Assembly (NCBI GenBank): GCA_035703805.1
Contig: DASSXM010000036.1
Span: 2,580-66,579 of the forward strand
Length of the DNA stretch: 64,000 bases
From: Gaiellaceae bacterium
GTDB lineage: Bacteria; Actinomycetota; Thermoleophilia; Gaiellales; Gaiellaceae
Reading direction: 5' to 3'
Made by a program: the position numbers and the translations under genes. The notes beneath the pieces were generated by a model, which worked only from the letters and a program-made list of their open reading frames with translations, was not told the origin of the DNA and searched no databases. Position 1 is the stretch's first letter. Each line of letters opens with the position of its first letter. Below, one piece after another: positions 35,559 to 45,522 of the stretch.

Positions 35559-35966
35559 GTGACGACGTACGAGATTTTGCTCATGCTGGACCCCGAGCTC
35601 GCCGAGGCGCGGCAGGACGAGCTGATCAAGCGCGTCCGCACCCTCGTCGAGAACGGCGGCGGCACGTGGCGCAGCCACGACGCGTGGGGCCGGCGCCGCC
35701 TCGCGTACGAGATCGACAAGAAGCCCGAGGGCGTGTACCACCTCGTCGTCTTCGAATCTTCGGGCGAGACGCTCGACGAGGTCTCGCGCGTCCTGAAGAT
35801 CGACGATGCGGTGCTGCGCCACCTTGCGACGCGCCACATCGAGGGCTCGCGCACGAGCGCGCCCCGAGACGACACGCCCGCCCCGGCGCCCGTGGCGGCG
35901 GCTGTGGCTGCCGTCCCCACCGACGAGTACCCTGCTCCGAACACACGTTCGGACGAAGAGGAGTAG
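35559..35966 (+). CDS. rpsF: 30S ribosomal protein S6
   Basis: Starts at GTG 35559, preceded by GGAAGGTGG: VTTYEILLMLDPEL...WGRRRLAYEIDKKPEGVYHLVVFE. It has a low-complexity acidic tail. Confidence 0.9.
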   Translation: MTTYEILLMLDPELAEARQDELIKRVRTLVENGGGTWRSHDAWGRRRLAYEIDKKPEGVYHLVVFESSGETLDEVSRVLKIDDAVLRHLATRHIEGSRTSAPRDDTPAPAPVAAAVAAVPTDEYPAPNTRSDEEE

Positions 35967-35976
35967 GAGGAGCCCC

Positions 35977-36417
35977 ATGGCCAACATCAATCGCGTCGTG
36001 CTCGTCGGCAACCTGACGAAGGACCCCGAGCTGCGCACCACGCCGAGCGGAACCTCGGTCTGCAAGCTGCGCGTCGCCGTCAACACGCGCCAGAAGGACT
36101 CGACCACCGGAGAGTGGGGCGACAAGCCCAACTACTTCGACGTCACGGTCTGGGGCAACCAGGCCGAGAGCTGCGCGCAGTACCTCTCCAAGGGACGCCC
36201 GATCGGCGTCGACGGACGCCTCGACTGGCGCGAGTGGGAGGCGCAGGACGGGACGAAGCGCCAGGCGGTCGAGATCATCGCCGACACCGTCCAGTTCCTC
36301 GGCAGCCGTGGGGATAGCCCCGGCGCAGAGGGTGGCAATCAGTTCGTGCCGGCCGGCGCGGCGGCGGAGCGCGCCGACTTCCCGGCCGCGGCCACCGACG
36401 ACGACATCCCGTTCTGA
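35977..36417 (+). CDS. ssb: single-stranded DNA-binding protein
   Basis: [36 protein letters not shown]... with the C-terminal DDDIPF tip. Confidence 0.93.
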   Translation: MANINRVVLVGNLTKDPELRTTPSGTSVCKLRVAVNTRQKDSTTGEWGDKPNYFDVTVWGNQAESCAQYLSKGRPIGVDGRLDWREWEAQDGTKRQAVEIIADTVQFLGSRGDSPGAEGGNQFVPAGAAAERADFPAAATDDDIPF

Positions 36418-36749
36418 TGGCGAGAGAGCAGAAGCAGAAGGCACCGCAGCGCAAGCGCCCCGGCGGCCCCGCAGGGCCGATCCGGCGGCGCAACTGTTAC
36501 TTCTGCAAGGAGAAGATCGCGGAGGTCGACTACAAGAACGTCAACCAGTTGCGCCGCTACATCTCCGAGCGCGGCAAGATCCGCAGCCGTCGCATCACCG
36601 GCGCGTGCCGGCGCCACCAGGTGCAGGTCGCGCAGGCCGTGAAGCGCGCACGCGAGATGGCGCTCCTGCCGTACGTCGCCGAGGGGGCCGACGACCGCGA
36701 GCGCGGCGGAGGCCGCGGCCGCCGCGACGACAGGGACCGGGACCGTTGA
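36417..36749 (+). CDS. rpsR: 30S ribosomal protein S18
   Basis: [42 protein letters not shown], with an Arg/Asp/Gly-rich C-terminal tail. Confidence 0.92.
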   Translation: MAREQKQKAPQRKRPGGPAGPIRRRNCYFCKEKIAEVDYKNVNQLRRYISERGKIRSRRITGACRRHQVQVAQAVKRAREMALLPYVAEGADDRERGGGRGRRDDRDRDR

Positions 36750-36820
36750 CGGTGCCCACTCAGGAAATAGTTAGGGCGTCCCTGGCGGCTGCAAAGCGTC
36801 GCGCTACTGCGTCCTCGGTC

Positions 36821-36846
36821 GCGGCGATAGCGACAGCTATCGCCGC
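36821..36846 (+). other. perfect 11-bp hairpin GCGGCGATAGC-GACA-GCTATCGCCGC in the rpsR-rplI spacer
   Basis: Seen directly in the sequence. No U-tract follows. It lies within an unusually long (~165 nt) spacer inside the ribosomal-protein block. Confidence 0.5.
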
Positions 36847-36915
36847 TCCCTGCGTCGTTGTATCGCTCGCTTTTCGCTCGCCAGGAACGCGAAACCATTC
36901 CCTGAGGGGGCACTG

Positions 36916-37572
36916 ATGCAGGTCATCCTGCTGAAGGACGTCGAGAAGGTCGGGCTGCGTGGCGACGTCGTGTCGGTTGCGCGCGGATATGCACGCAACT
37001 TCCTCCTTCCCCGCAAGCTCGCGGAGGAGGCGACCGACGCGCGCGTCGCCGAGCTCGGGAAGCGCGATGCGCAGCGCGCGCGGCACGAGGCGAAGACGGC
37101 CGACGAGGCACAGGCGATCGCCGACACGCTCGCGAAGGCTGAGCTTCGCTTCGAGGTGAAGGCAGGCCCCACGGGTTCGCTCTTCGGTTCGGTCACGCCC
37201 ACCGACATCGCCGACGAGCTCTGGAAGACGCAGAAGATCCGCGTCGACCGGCGGAAGATCGGCACCGACAACATCAAGCGGATCGGCCGCTACGAGATTC
37301 CGATCGACCTCTTCCAGGATGTGCAGGTCGCGGTGAAGACGCTCGTGATCCCCGAGGGCGGCGAGCTGCCGTCCGACGAGGAGCTCGAGGCGATGGCGGC
37401 AGCCGAGCTCGCCGCGCAGCAGGCCGCAGCACCACCCGAGTCGGCGGCCGCGGAGGAATGGGAGCTGATCGAGGAAGAGGTCACCCCCACCGCGGCTGAG
37501 CGTGCGGAGGAATCCGCGTCGGACGACTTCGACACGGACGTCGAAGCGGCCGCCGAGAACCAGGAGATCTAA
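36916..37572 (+). CDS. rplI: 50S ribosomal protein L9 with a long acidic C-terminal extension
   Basis: Begins MQVILLKDVEKVGLRGDVVSVARGYARNFLLPRKLA. It is 218 aa, versus roughly 150 aa as I recall for typical L9. Confidence 0.9.
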   Translation: MQVILLKDVEKVGLRGDVVSVARGYARNFLLPRKLAEEATDARVAELGKRDAQRARHEAKTADEAQAIADTLAKAELRFEVKAGPTGSLFGSVTPTDIADELWKTQKIRVDRRKIGTDNIKRIGRYEIPIDLFQDVQVAVKTLVIPEGGELPSDEELEAMAAAELAAQQAAAPPESAAAEEWELIEEEVTPTAAERAEESASDDFDTDVEAAAENQEI

Positions 37573-37683
37573 AGCTTCCCAACAGGCCTGTGGATCTCCG
37601 CGGGAACTTCCCGCGTAGAGCGGTTGATCTGTCCACAGACGCTCCGTCCGACCCCCCTGCAAGCATGGTCGATTCCCCTGCAA

Positions 37684-39108
37684 ATGGCAGGAAAAGACAT
37701 GCTCAAAAAGAACCCTTCAACAGGTGGCGGACGGCCCGCGCGCGTGCTGGAATCGACGTCCGTGGCCCAGCTTGCCCCCGTCCCTGCGAACGCGTCCGTA
37801 CCGCCGCAAAACTTAGAAGCCGAAGAGAGCGTCCTCGGCGCGATGATGATCTCGCCCGGCGCGATCGGGGCCGTCAGCGAGATCGTCGACGCGTCCGACT
37901 TCTACCGCGAATCGCACGCGAAGGTCTACCGCGCTGCGCTCGCGCTGTACGCGAAGGGCGAGCCGGTCGACGCGATCACGCTCACCGACCAGCTCGAGGA
38001 ACGCGGCGAGCTCGAGGACGTCGGCGGCCGGGTGCGCCTGCACGAGCTCGCGGCGCTCGTGCCTGCATCCGCGAACGCCGCGCACTATGCGCGCATCGTC
38101 CACGAGACGGCGACGCTGCGCGGGCTCATCCGCGCCGGCGGCGAGATCGCGCGCCTCGGCTGGGACCGGCCGGGCGAGACCCACGATCTCGTCGACCAGG
38201 CCGAGCAAATCGTCTTCGACCTCTCGCAGCAGCGTGTTACCGGGGAGTTCACGCACATCGACCAACTGCTGAAAGAGAGCTTCGAGCGCATCACCGCGCT
38301 GTACGAGGCCGGCGCCGACGTCACCGGCACGCCGTCCGGGTACCGCGACCTCGACCGGCTCACGTCCGGCTTCCAGCCCGGCAACCTCATCATCGTCGCC
38401 GCGCGCCCGTCGATGGGGAAGTCGGCGCTCGCACTGTGCATGGCCGCGAACATCGCGCTTCGCCACGGCGTTCCAGTCGGGTTGTTTACGCTCGAGATGT
38501 CGAAGGAGGAAGTGACGCAGCGCCTCATGTGCAGCGAGGCGAAGGTCGAGTCGCAGCGCCTGCGCAACGGCAAGCTCGCGCCCGACGACTGGCCGCGGCT
38601 CACCGCTGCCTGCGACAAGCTCGCGAAGGCGCCCATCTACGTCGACGACACGGGCTCGATCAACATGATGGAAATCCGGTCGAAGGCGCGGCGCCTGAAG
38701 TCGCGTCATCCCGATCTCGGCCTGATCGTCGTCGACTACTTGCAGCTCATGAGCTCCGCCGGCACCGCCGAAAACCGCGTGCAGGAGGTGTCGCAGATCT
38801 CGCGCTCGCTCAAGATCCTCGCGCGGGACCTCGACGTGCCGATCCTCGCGCTGTCTCAGCTCTCGCGCGCGGTCGAGGCGCGCACCGACAAGCGTCCGCT
38901 CCTTTCCGACCTGCGCGAGTCCGGCTCGCTCGAGCAGGACGCCGACCTCGTCGTCTTCATCTATCGCGACGAGTACTACAACGAGGAGTCCGACCAGCAG
39001 GGGCTCGCCGAGGTGATCCTGTCCAAGCACCGGAACGGCCCGACCGACTCGGTGAAGCTGTCGTTCCTCAAGCGGTATGCGAAGTTCGCGGACCTGGCGG
39101 CCGCGTGA
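37684..39108 (+). CDS. dnaB: replicative DNA helicase
   Basis: Motifs are NLEAEESVLGAMM, Walker A AARPSMGKSALAL, DYLQLM and the RecA-like C-terminal domain. The start is ambiguous (TTG 37624 in the track, ATG 37684, or ATG 37699 with AGGA upstream). There is no intein. Confidence 0.9.
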   Translation: MAGKDMLKKNPSTGGGRPARVLESTSVAQLAPVPANASVPPQNLEAEESVLGAMMISPGAIGAVSEIVDASDFYRESHAKVYRAALALYAKGEPVDAITLTDQLEERGELEDVGGRVRLHELAALVPASANAAHYARIVHETATLRGLIRAGGEIARLGWDRPGETHDLVDQAEQIVFDLSQQRVTGEFTHIDQLLKESFERITALYEAGADVTGTPSGYRDLDRLTSGFQPGNLIIVAARPSMGKSALALCMAANIALRHGVPVGLFTLEMSKEEVTQRLMCSEAKVESQRLRNGKLAPDDWPRLTAACDKLAKAPIYVDDTGSINMMEIRSKARRLKSRHPDLGLIVVDYLQLMSSAGTAENRVQEVSQISRSLKILARDLDVPILALSQLSRAVEARTDKRPLLSDLRESGSLEQDADLVVFIYRDEYYNEESDQQGLAEVILSKHRNGPTDSVKLSFLKRYAKFADLAAA

Positions 39109-39109
39109 C

Positions 39110-39334
39110 GTGAGCGGGCAGGTCATCGGCATCGCCGCCCACGCCACGTCGTTCACCGCCGTCTGTGACCGATGCGCGGAGCTCGATGCGCGCGAGGGTT
39201 GGTCCGGCCCGACCTTCGCGGGCCGGCTCGACCTCGACCTCGACACGGGCGTCTTCCTCTGCCGGCGGGGCCACCAGGTGCGGGTCATGCGGGCAGAGCC
39301 GCAGGGGCAAACCGAGCTCGCCGCCGCCTCGTAG
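39110..39334 (+). CDS. small Cys/His-containing hypothetical protein (CDRC...CRRGH)
   Basis: 74 aa from GTG 39110, immediately after the dnaB stop. Third-position G/C bias is high. Confidence 0.45.
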   Translation: MSGQVIGIAAHATSFTAVCDRCAELDAREGWSGPTFAGRLDLDLDTGVFLCRRGHQVRVMRAEPQGQTELAAAS

Positions 39335-39341
39335 TCCTGGC

Positions 39342-39791
39342 ATGCAGAAAAAACGACAGTCGACGGCGCTCGTTGCCGCCGCTATCGCCGTCGCGCTCGC
39401 ACTCGCAGGTGGGGCCGCCGCAGCACTGCTGGGGCGCAGCTCAGCCGCGACGACGACGATCAAGGTGACCGAGCGTGAGTACCACATCGCGCTCTCGACC
39501 ACGACACCGGCCGCCGGCACGATCACCTTCAGCATCCGCAATGCCGGCCATATCACGCATCAGTTCGACGTGAGCGGCGGCGGGCTGACGGCGATCGCGA
39601 AGGCCGGCGCGATCAGGCCGGGCACCACGAAGAGCTTGACCGTCAAGCTCGCCGGTGGAACCGTCAAGGTCTGGTGCCCCTTGCCCGGCCATGCGGCGCT
39701 CGGCATGAGGGCGACGCTGAGGGTCAAGGGCGCATCGTCGCCGACGCCGACCCCGAGCCCGACGACGACCAACTCGTATACCTGGGGCTAG
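39342..39791 (+). CDS. cupredoxin-like (type-1 copper) protein with an N-terminal signal/anchor
   Basis: Begins MQKKRQSTALVAAAIAVALALAGG. Candidate ligands are HITHQF and CPLPGHAALGM (Cys-x4-His-x4-Met). Confidence 0.65.
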   Translation: MQKKRQSTALVAAAIAVALALAGGAAAALLGRSSAATTTIKVTEREYHIALSTTTPAAGTITFSIRNAGHITHQFDVSGGGLTAIAKAGAIRPGTTKSLTVKLAGGTVKVWCPLPGHAALGMRATLRVKGASSPTPTPSPTTTNSYTWG

Positions 39792-39990
39792 ACCGCTAAC
39801 CGGCCCGCTCTTCGCGGGCTTCGCGGCCGCCGCGATCGGCGGGCCGATCGCGCTCATCAGCTTCCTTCCCGGCGCCGCCGGGGAGGGAGCTGACTCTGCG
39901 GGTCTCGTCGTCCTGCTTGCGGTCGCGGTCTTCGTCGTCCCGCTCGCGATCTGGCTCGCGTTCTCGCAGCGGATCGTCTCGCCCGGCGGA

Positions 39991-40920
39991 TTGAGCGCGT
40001 TCGTGGGCGCCGCTGCGGGCCGACGCGCCGCGGTCGCGCACGGCTGGATCTGGGCGCTCGCGTACTTCCTCTATCTGCCGTACACGGTCACGTTCGTTGT
40101 GTACGACGTCTTGCAGCCCGTCTTCCCCGGCATCCACTCCTACCGTGCGACGCTCGAGCTCCTCCTGCCCGCACTGCTCGTGCTCTTCGTGTTCGCACCG
40201 GTGCGCATCGTCGTCGCCGCGCTCGGCGTGCTCGCGGCGGCCCAGCTCGTTGCGCTGCTCGTGCTCGCGGGCTTCGAGTTCGCGCACACGAGCGCGCCCT
40301 TTGCGTCGCATCCGACCGTGAACACGACAGGTCGCGCCACGGGAGGGGTCGCGCTCCTCTTCGTGTGCGCGAGCCTGCCGCTCTTCCTCGGCGCAGAGGT
40401 GCAAGGCGGTGCGCGGATCGTGCGCCGCGGCCTCGCTGCCGCGTTCGCGATCGTCGCCGCGTGCTTCTTCGTGGCAGCGCTCCCACTTGCGGGTGTTCCC
40501 GATGCGCTCCGCAACGCCGCCGTGCCGGGCGCGGCGATCGCGCAGGCGTATTCCGGCCGCCCGTTCGCGGTCGTCATCGGCCTGCTCACCGCGGCCAGCG
40601 CGCTCGTGCTGATCGTCGCCGAGTACCTCGCGCTCGCACGCCTGCTGCACTGGCTGCACGGCCCGCCGGTGCGTTCGGTGCTCGCGTGGATCGCCGTGCC
40701 GTTCATCGCAGCCGACGCGATCTCGCTCGTCGATCCGAGCGGCTTCTACGACAACCTGATCAAGCCGTCGCTCGGCGCGCTCTTCGTCTCGCAGCTCATC
40801 GTCTTTCTCGTGTTTCCGCGGTTCCGGCGGGGTGCGCTCGCCCTCGCCGGGGCGGCAATCGCCTCTGGCCTCGCCGGCTGGGGCCTGTACACGCTCATCT
40901 GGAGCTCAGCCGCGACATAG
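39991..40920 (+). CDS. polytopic membrane protein (amino-acid-permease-like), 5' end unresolved
   Basis: 309-aa track ORF from TTG 39991. The same frame stays open and hydrophobic back to 39796 (LTGPLFAGFAAAAIGGPIALISF...) but contains no ATG/GTG/TTG there. Confidence 0.55.
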   Translation: MSAFVGAAAGRRAAVAHGWIWALAYFLYLPYTVTFVVYDVLQPVFPGIHSYRATLELLLPALLVLFVFAPVRIVVAALGVLAAAQLVALLVLAGFEFAHTSAPFASHPTVNTTGRATGGVALLFVCASLPLFLGAEVQGGARIVRRGLAAAFAIVAACFFVAALPLAGVPDALRNAAVPGAAIAQAYSGRPFAVVIGLLTAASALVLIVAEYLALARLLHWLHGPPVRSVLAWIAVPFIAADAISLVDPSGFYDNLIKPSLGALFVSQLIVFLVFPRFRRGALALAGAAIASGLAGWGLYTLIWSSAAT

Positions 40921-40935
40921 GGCACTATTCGGGTC

Positions 40936-42196
<1,261 letters not shown>

Positions 42197-42210
<14 letters not shown>

Positions 42211-42697
42211 GATCCGCGGGCGCGTTCACGTTCGCGAGCTCGGCGGAATCGACCTCGACGATCGCGACGTCGAGGTCGCGGATCGCACGGTGAATCGAGA
42301 GTTCGCCGCCGGTGAGTGCGGGAAGCGCCGACTTGCGATACGCGCCGGGTAGCGGACCGGTCGGCGTGACGGCCGCGTCGCGACACGCCGCGCCCAGCGA
42401 ACGCAGCGTGTCGGCGGTCACGTAGGGGACGTCGACCGGCAGAACGACCACGACATCGTGGCGCGCCGCACGCAGGCCGGCGACGAGGCCGTGGATCGCC
42501 GCGCGCTCCTCGACGCCGTCGGCCAGCACGGGGAACGGAAGGGTCTCGTCGCCTTTGCCGACCGCGATCCGCTCGTCACACGCTTCCCCGAGCACGCGCC
42601 ACGCTCGTTCCGCGAGCGTCTCCTCGCCGATGCGCGCTAGCGCCTTCGGCGAGCCGAAGCGTGTGCTCGCGCCGCCGACGAGCAGCACGCCGGTCAC
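42197..42697 (-). CDS. mobA: molybdenum cofactor guanylyltransferase (MobA-like)
   Basis: These are the last 166 codons of track ORF 42197-43990, from GTG 42697 (GTGA overlap with fdhD): VTGVLLVGGASTRFGSPKAL...LPVDVPYV. Confidence 0.75.
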
Positions 42698-43473
42698 GCC
42701 GTGATGCGCCACGTCTCGGTGTAGACGTTCGCGGAGCCGTCGCGCACGAACCCGCAGAGCGTAATGCCGCGGTCGCCGGCGAGCTCGACGGCGAGGCTCG
42801 ACGGTGCACCGACCGCAACCATGATCGGGCATCCGGCGACTGACGCTTTCTGCACGAGCTCGAACGAGAGGCGCCCGCTGACGCACAGCACCGAGTCTGC
42901 GAGCGGCAGACGACCCGCGGAGAACGCCCAGCCGACGACCTTGTCGAGCGCGTTGTGACGGCCAACGTCCTCGCGCACGCACGCGAGGGTGCCGTCGGGA
43001 TCGAACAGCCCGGTGGCGTGCAGCCCGCCGGTCGCGGCGAAGGCTGCCTGCGACTCCCGCAAGCGCTCCGGCAGCGCCGACACGAGCGCGAGCGGCACGC
43101 GCAACTGCGACTCGACGCGCGGCGCTTCGACGGCGACCGCTTCGAGCGCGCCCTTGCCGCACACGCCGCACGACGACGACGTGTAGAAGCTCCGCTGCAG
43201 CCGCGCCGGATCGAAGCTCGGCGCATCGACCTCGACCGTGTTCGCCGCGAGGTCGTCGGGCAGGCGCGCACTCGAAGGCTGCAGGCCCTCCGAGAGGCAG
43301 AAGCCGAGCGCGAGCTCTTCGTCGTTTCCCGGCGTGCGCATCGTCACGGCGACAGGCGTGGCGCCGATGCGGATCTCGAGCGGCTCCTCGACCGCGACGC
43401 GGTCGCTCTCCGTCGTCCCGCCCGGGAGGCGCACGACGTCGATCGCCGCTGCCGAATAGGGCGGGGCCTCCAT
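42694..43473 (-). CDS. fdhD: formate dehydrogenase accessory sulfurtransferase FdhD
   Basis: 259 aa: TPGNDEELALGFCLSEG...SSSCGVCGKGAL...GGLHATGLF...VGRHNALDKV. Confidence 0.9.
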   Translation of the reverse strand: MEAPPYSAAAIDVVRLPGGTTESDRVAVEEPLEIRIGATPVAVTMRTPGNDEELALGFCLSEGLQPSSARLPDDLAANTVEVDAPSFDPARLQRSFYTSSSCGVCGKGALEAVAVEAPRVESQLRVPLALVSALPERLRESQAAFAATGGLHATGLFDPDGTLACVREDVGRHNALDKVVGWAFSAGRLPLADSVLCVSGRLSFELVQKASVAGCPIMVAVGAPSSLAVELAGDRGITLCGFVRDGSANVYTETWRITA

Positions 43474-43495
43474 GGTGGAAGCCTATGCTGCCCCG

Positions 43496-44698
43496 GTGAG
43501 AGTGCTCGTCGTCGGCTCGGGAGGACGCGAGCATGCACTCACGTGGGCGCTCGCGCGCAGCCCCGGCGTGACCGATCTGCACGCTGCCCCGGGCAACCCC
43601 GGCATCGCGTCGCTCGCGAGCTGCCATCCCGTGCGCGCCCAGGATGCGTCGTCGCTCGTGCCGCTCGCCGTCGAACTGGATGCCGATCTCGTCGTCGTCG
43701 GCCCCGAGGCGCCGCTCGTCGCCGGCGTCGCCGACGAGCTGCGGCAGCGCGGCGTCGGCGTCTTCGGCCCGAGCGCGGCCGCCGCTCAGATCGAAGGGTC
43801 GAAGAGGTTCGCGAAGGACGTCATGGATGCCGCCGGCGTTCCGACCGCGCGCACGCTCGCCGTCGCACGTCCCCCGTGTGTCGTCAAGGCGGACGGGCTC
43901 GCGGCCGGCAAGGGCGTCTGGGTGTGCACGACGCAGGACGAGCTCGACGCCGGGCTGCGGGCAGCCGAGGCGCTCGGCCAGCCGTTCCACGTGGAGGAGT
44001 TGCTCGAAGGCGAAGAGGTGTCGGTCTTCGCGCTCTGCGACGGTCGAACGGCGCTCACGCTGCCCGCCGCACAGGACTACAAGCGCATCGGCGACGGCGA
44101 CGAGGGGCCGAACACCGGCGGTATGGGCTCGTACTCACCTGCGCCCAGCCTGTCGGACGCGGCGGTCGAGGAGCTCGTCGAGCTCGTGCATCGGCCGGTG
44201 CTCGCAGAGCTCGAGCAACGACGCATACCGTTTCGAGGAGCGCTCTTTGCCGGCCTGATGCTGACGGACGACGGCCCGCGCGTGCTCGAGTTCAATTGCC
44301 GCTTCGGCGACCCCGAGACGCAGTCGCTCGTGCCCCGCCTCGAAGGCGATCTCTTCGAAGCGCTCGCGGCCTCGGCGACCGGTGACCTCCTCGGCGTCGA
44401 GCTTTCGGTTGCGCGCCAATCGGCGGTCACGGTCGTTCTCGCCGCGCCGGACTATCCCGAGCGCGGTGACTCGGGCACACCGATCACAGGCGTAGAGGCA
44501 GCGGAGGAGACCGGCGCACACGTCTTCCACGCGGGCACGGCGCTGCAGAGCGGTCGCCTCGTTACGAACGGCGGTCGCATCCTGAACGTCACCGGGCTCG
44601 GCGATTCGCTTGCCTCCGCGCGTGCAACCGCGTACGAGGCGGCGATGCGCATACATTTCGACGGCATGCGCTTCCGCAAAGACATCGCTCATGCCTGA
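43496..44698 (+). CDS. purD: phosphoribosylamine-glycine ligase
   Basis: Starts at GTG 43496: [19 protein letters not shown]. The track ORF starts 24 nt earlier. TATGCT lies 6 nt upstream of the GTG. Confidence 0.93.
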   Translation: MRVLVVGSGGREHALTWALARSPGVTDLHAAPGNPGIASLASCHPVRAQDASSLVPLAVELDADLVVVGPEAPLVAGVADELRQRGVGVFGPSAAAAQIEGSKRFAKDVMDAAGVPTARTLAVARPPCVVKADGLAAGKGVWVCTTQDELDAGLRAAEALGQPFHVEELLEGEEVSVFALCDGRTALTLPAAQDYKRIGDGDEGPNTGGMGSYSPAPSLSDAAVEELVELVHRPVLAELEQRRIPFRGALFAGLMLTDDGPRVLEFNCRFGDPETQSLVPRLEGDLFEALAASATGDLLGVELSVARQSAVTVVLAAPDYPERGDSGTPITGVEAAEETGAHVFHAGTALQSGRLVTNGGRILNVTGLGDSLASARATAYEAAMRIHFDGMRFRKDIAHA

Positions 44699-44709
44699 GG
44701 CCCCTGGAG

Positions 44710-44751
44710 GCGCACCGCTCCCGGCCGGCGAAGCCGGCCTCCGCGGTGCGC
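44710..44751 (+). terminator. nested G+C-rich hairpin after purD
   Basis: The outer stem is GCGCACCGC/GCGGTGCGC and the inner stem is GGCCGGC-GAA-GCCGGCC. There is no U-tract. Confidence 0.4.
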
Positions 44752-44862
44752 TCTCGCCGCTGACGGCGCGATACGGCGCTCGCTCGGCTCGGTCGTACTC
44801 GATGTACTGCCCTCGCCTCGCTCGCTTGTCTCGCTTGCCAGCGACGAGCCAGGAGCCCCAGG

Positions 44863-45270
44863 GTGCCTGACATCAAGGTCGGCATCCTCGTCGGCTCCGA
44901 GTCCGACCGCGAGCGCATGCAGTCCGCCCTCGACGTGCTCGACGAGCACGGGATCGGCTACGAGTTCGAGGTTCGCTCGGCGCATCGCACGCCGGACGCG
45001 GTCGCGGAGTATGCGCGCACCGCGCGCGGCCGCGGCCTGCGCGTGCTGATCTGCGGCGCGGGCCTCTCCGCAGCGCTTCCGGGCGCCGTCGCCGCGCACA
45101 CCGACCTTCCCGTCATCGGCGTGCCGCTCCGCTCGAGCATGAGCGTGCTCGACGGGCTCGACGCGCTGCTCGCGATCGCGCAGATGCCCCCCGGCGTTCC
45201 GGTCGCGACGGTCGGCGTCGACAACGCGCGCAATGCAGCCGCGCTCGCCGTGCGGATTCTGGGCAGCTAG
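44863..45270 (+). CDS. purE: 5-(carboxyamino)imidazole ribonucleotide mutase
   Basis: Starts at GTG 44863, preceded by AGGAG: VGILVGSESDRERM...RSAHRTPD...GAGLSAALPG. It is short (135 aa), and there is no purK in the window. Confidence 0.88.
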   Translation: MPDIKVGILVGSESDRERMQSALDVLDEHGIGYEFEVRSAHRTPDAVAEYARTARGRGLRVLICGAGLSAALPGAVAAHTDLPVIGVPLRSSMSVLDGLDALLAIAQMPPGVPVATVGVDNARNAAALAVRILGS

Positions 45271-45522
45271 TCCGCGGAGCGGATGTTCGTCAGCGCCGCC
45301 GGCACGTAGGACGCCGGGCCGCGGCCGACCGACTCGAGCCGGCGGCGAAGAGTGCAGCGGCGACGGCGAAGAATATCGCAGCCCGCTTGTAAAGCAGGTC
45401 TCTACAACTTTCACAGAACAGAACTTCTGGAACGTAGCCTCGGTCCGGGCGACCTGCACTCCCCCGAACGAGGGAGCGCCGCGGCACGGCCACCAGCAGA
45501 GGCCCGCTGTAGATTGTCTTCA

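Noticed and set aside
35444-35944. Upstream part of ORF 35204-35944 (246 aa).
   Set aside because: It is antisense to rpsF with a Ser/Arg-rich translation. Only the terminal 79 codons, from GTG 35443, are plausible.
42698-43990. Upstream 430 codons of the 597-aa ORF 42197-43990.
   Set aside because: This part is low-complexity and antisense or out of frame to fdhD and purD. Only the last 166 codons (MobA-like) look real.
44699-44862. Purine, ZTP or THF riboswitches upstream of pur genes. I also checked 45271-45522 and 52028-52073.
   Set aside because: I could not find the conserved cores I remember, such as CCGCCUGGGC for ZTP or the purine-riboswitch junction. Only generic hairpins are present. 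This needs a covariance-model scan to be definitive.
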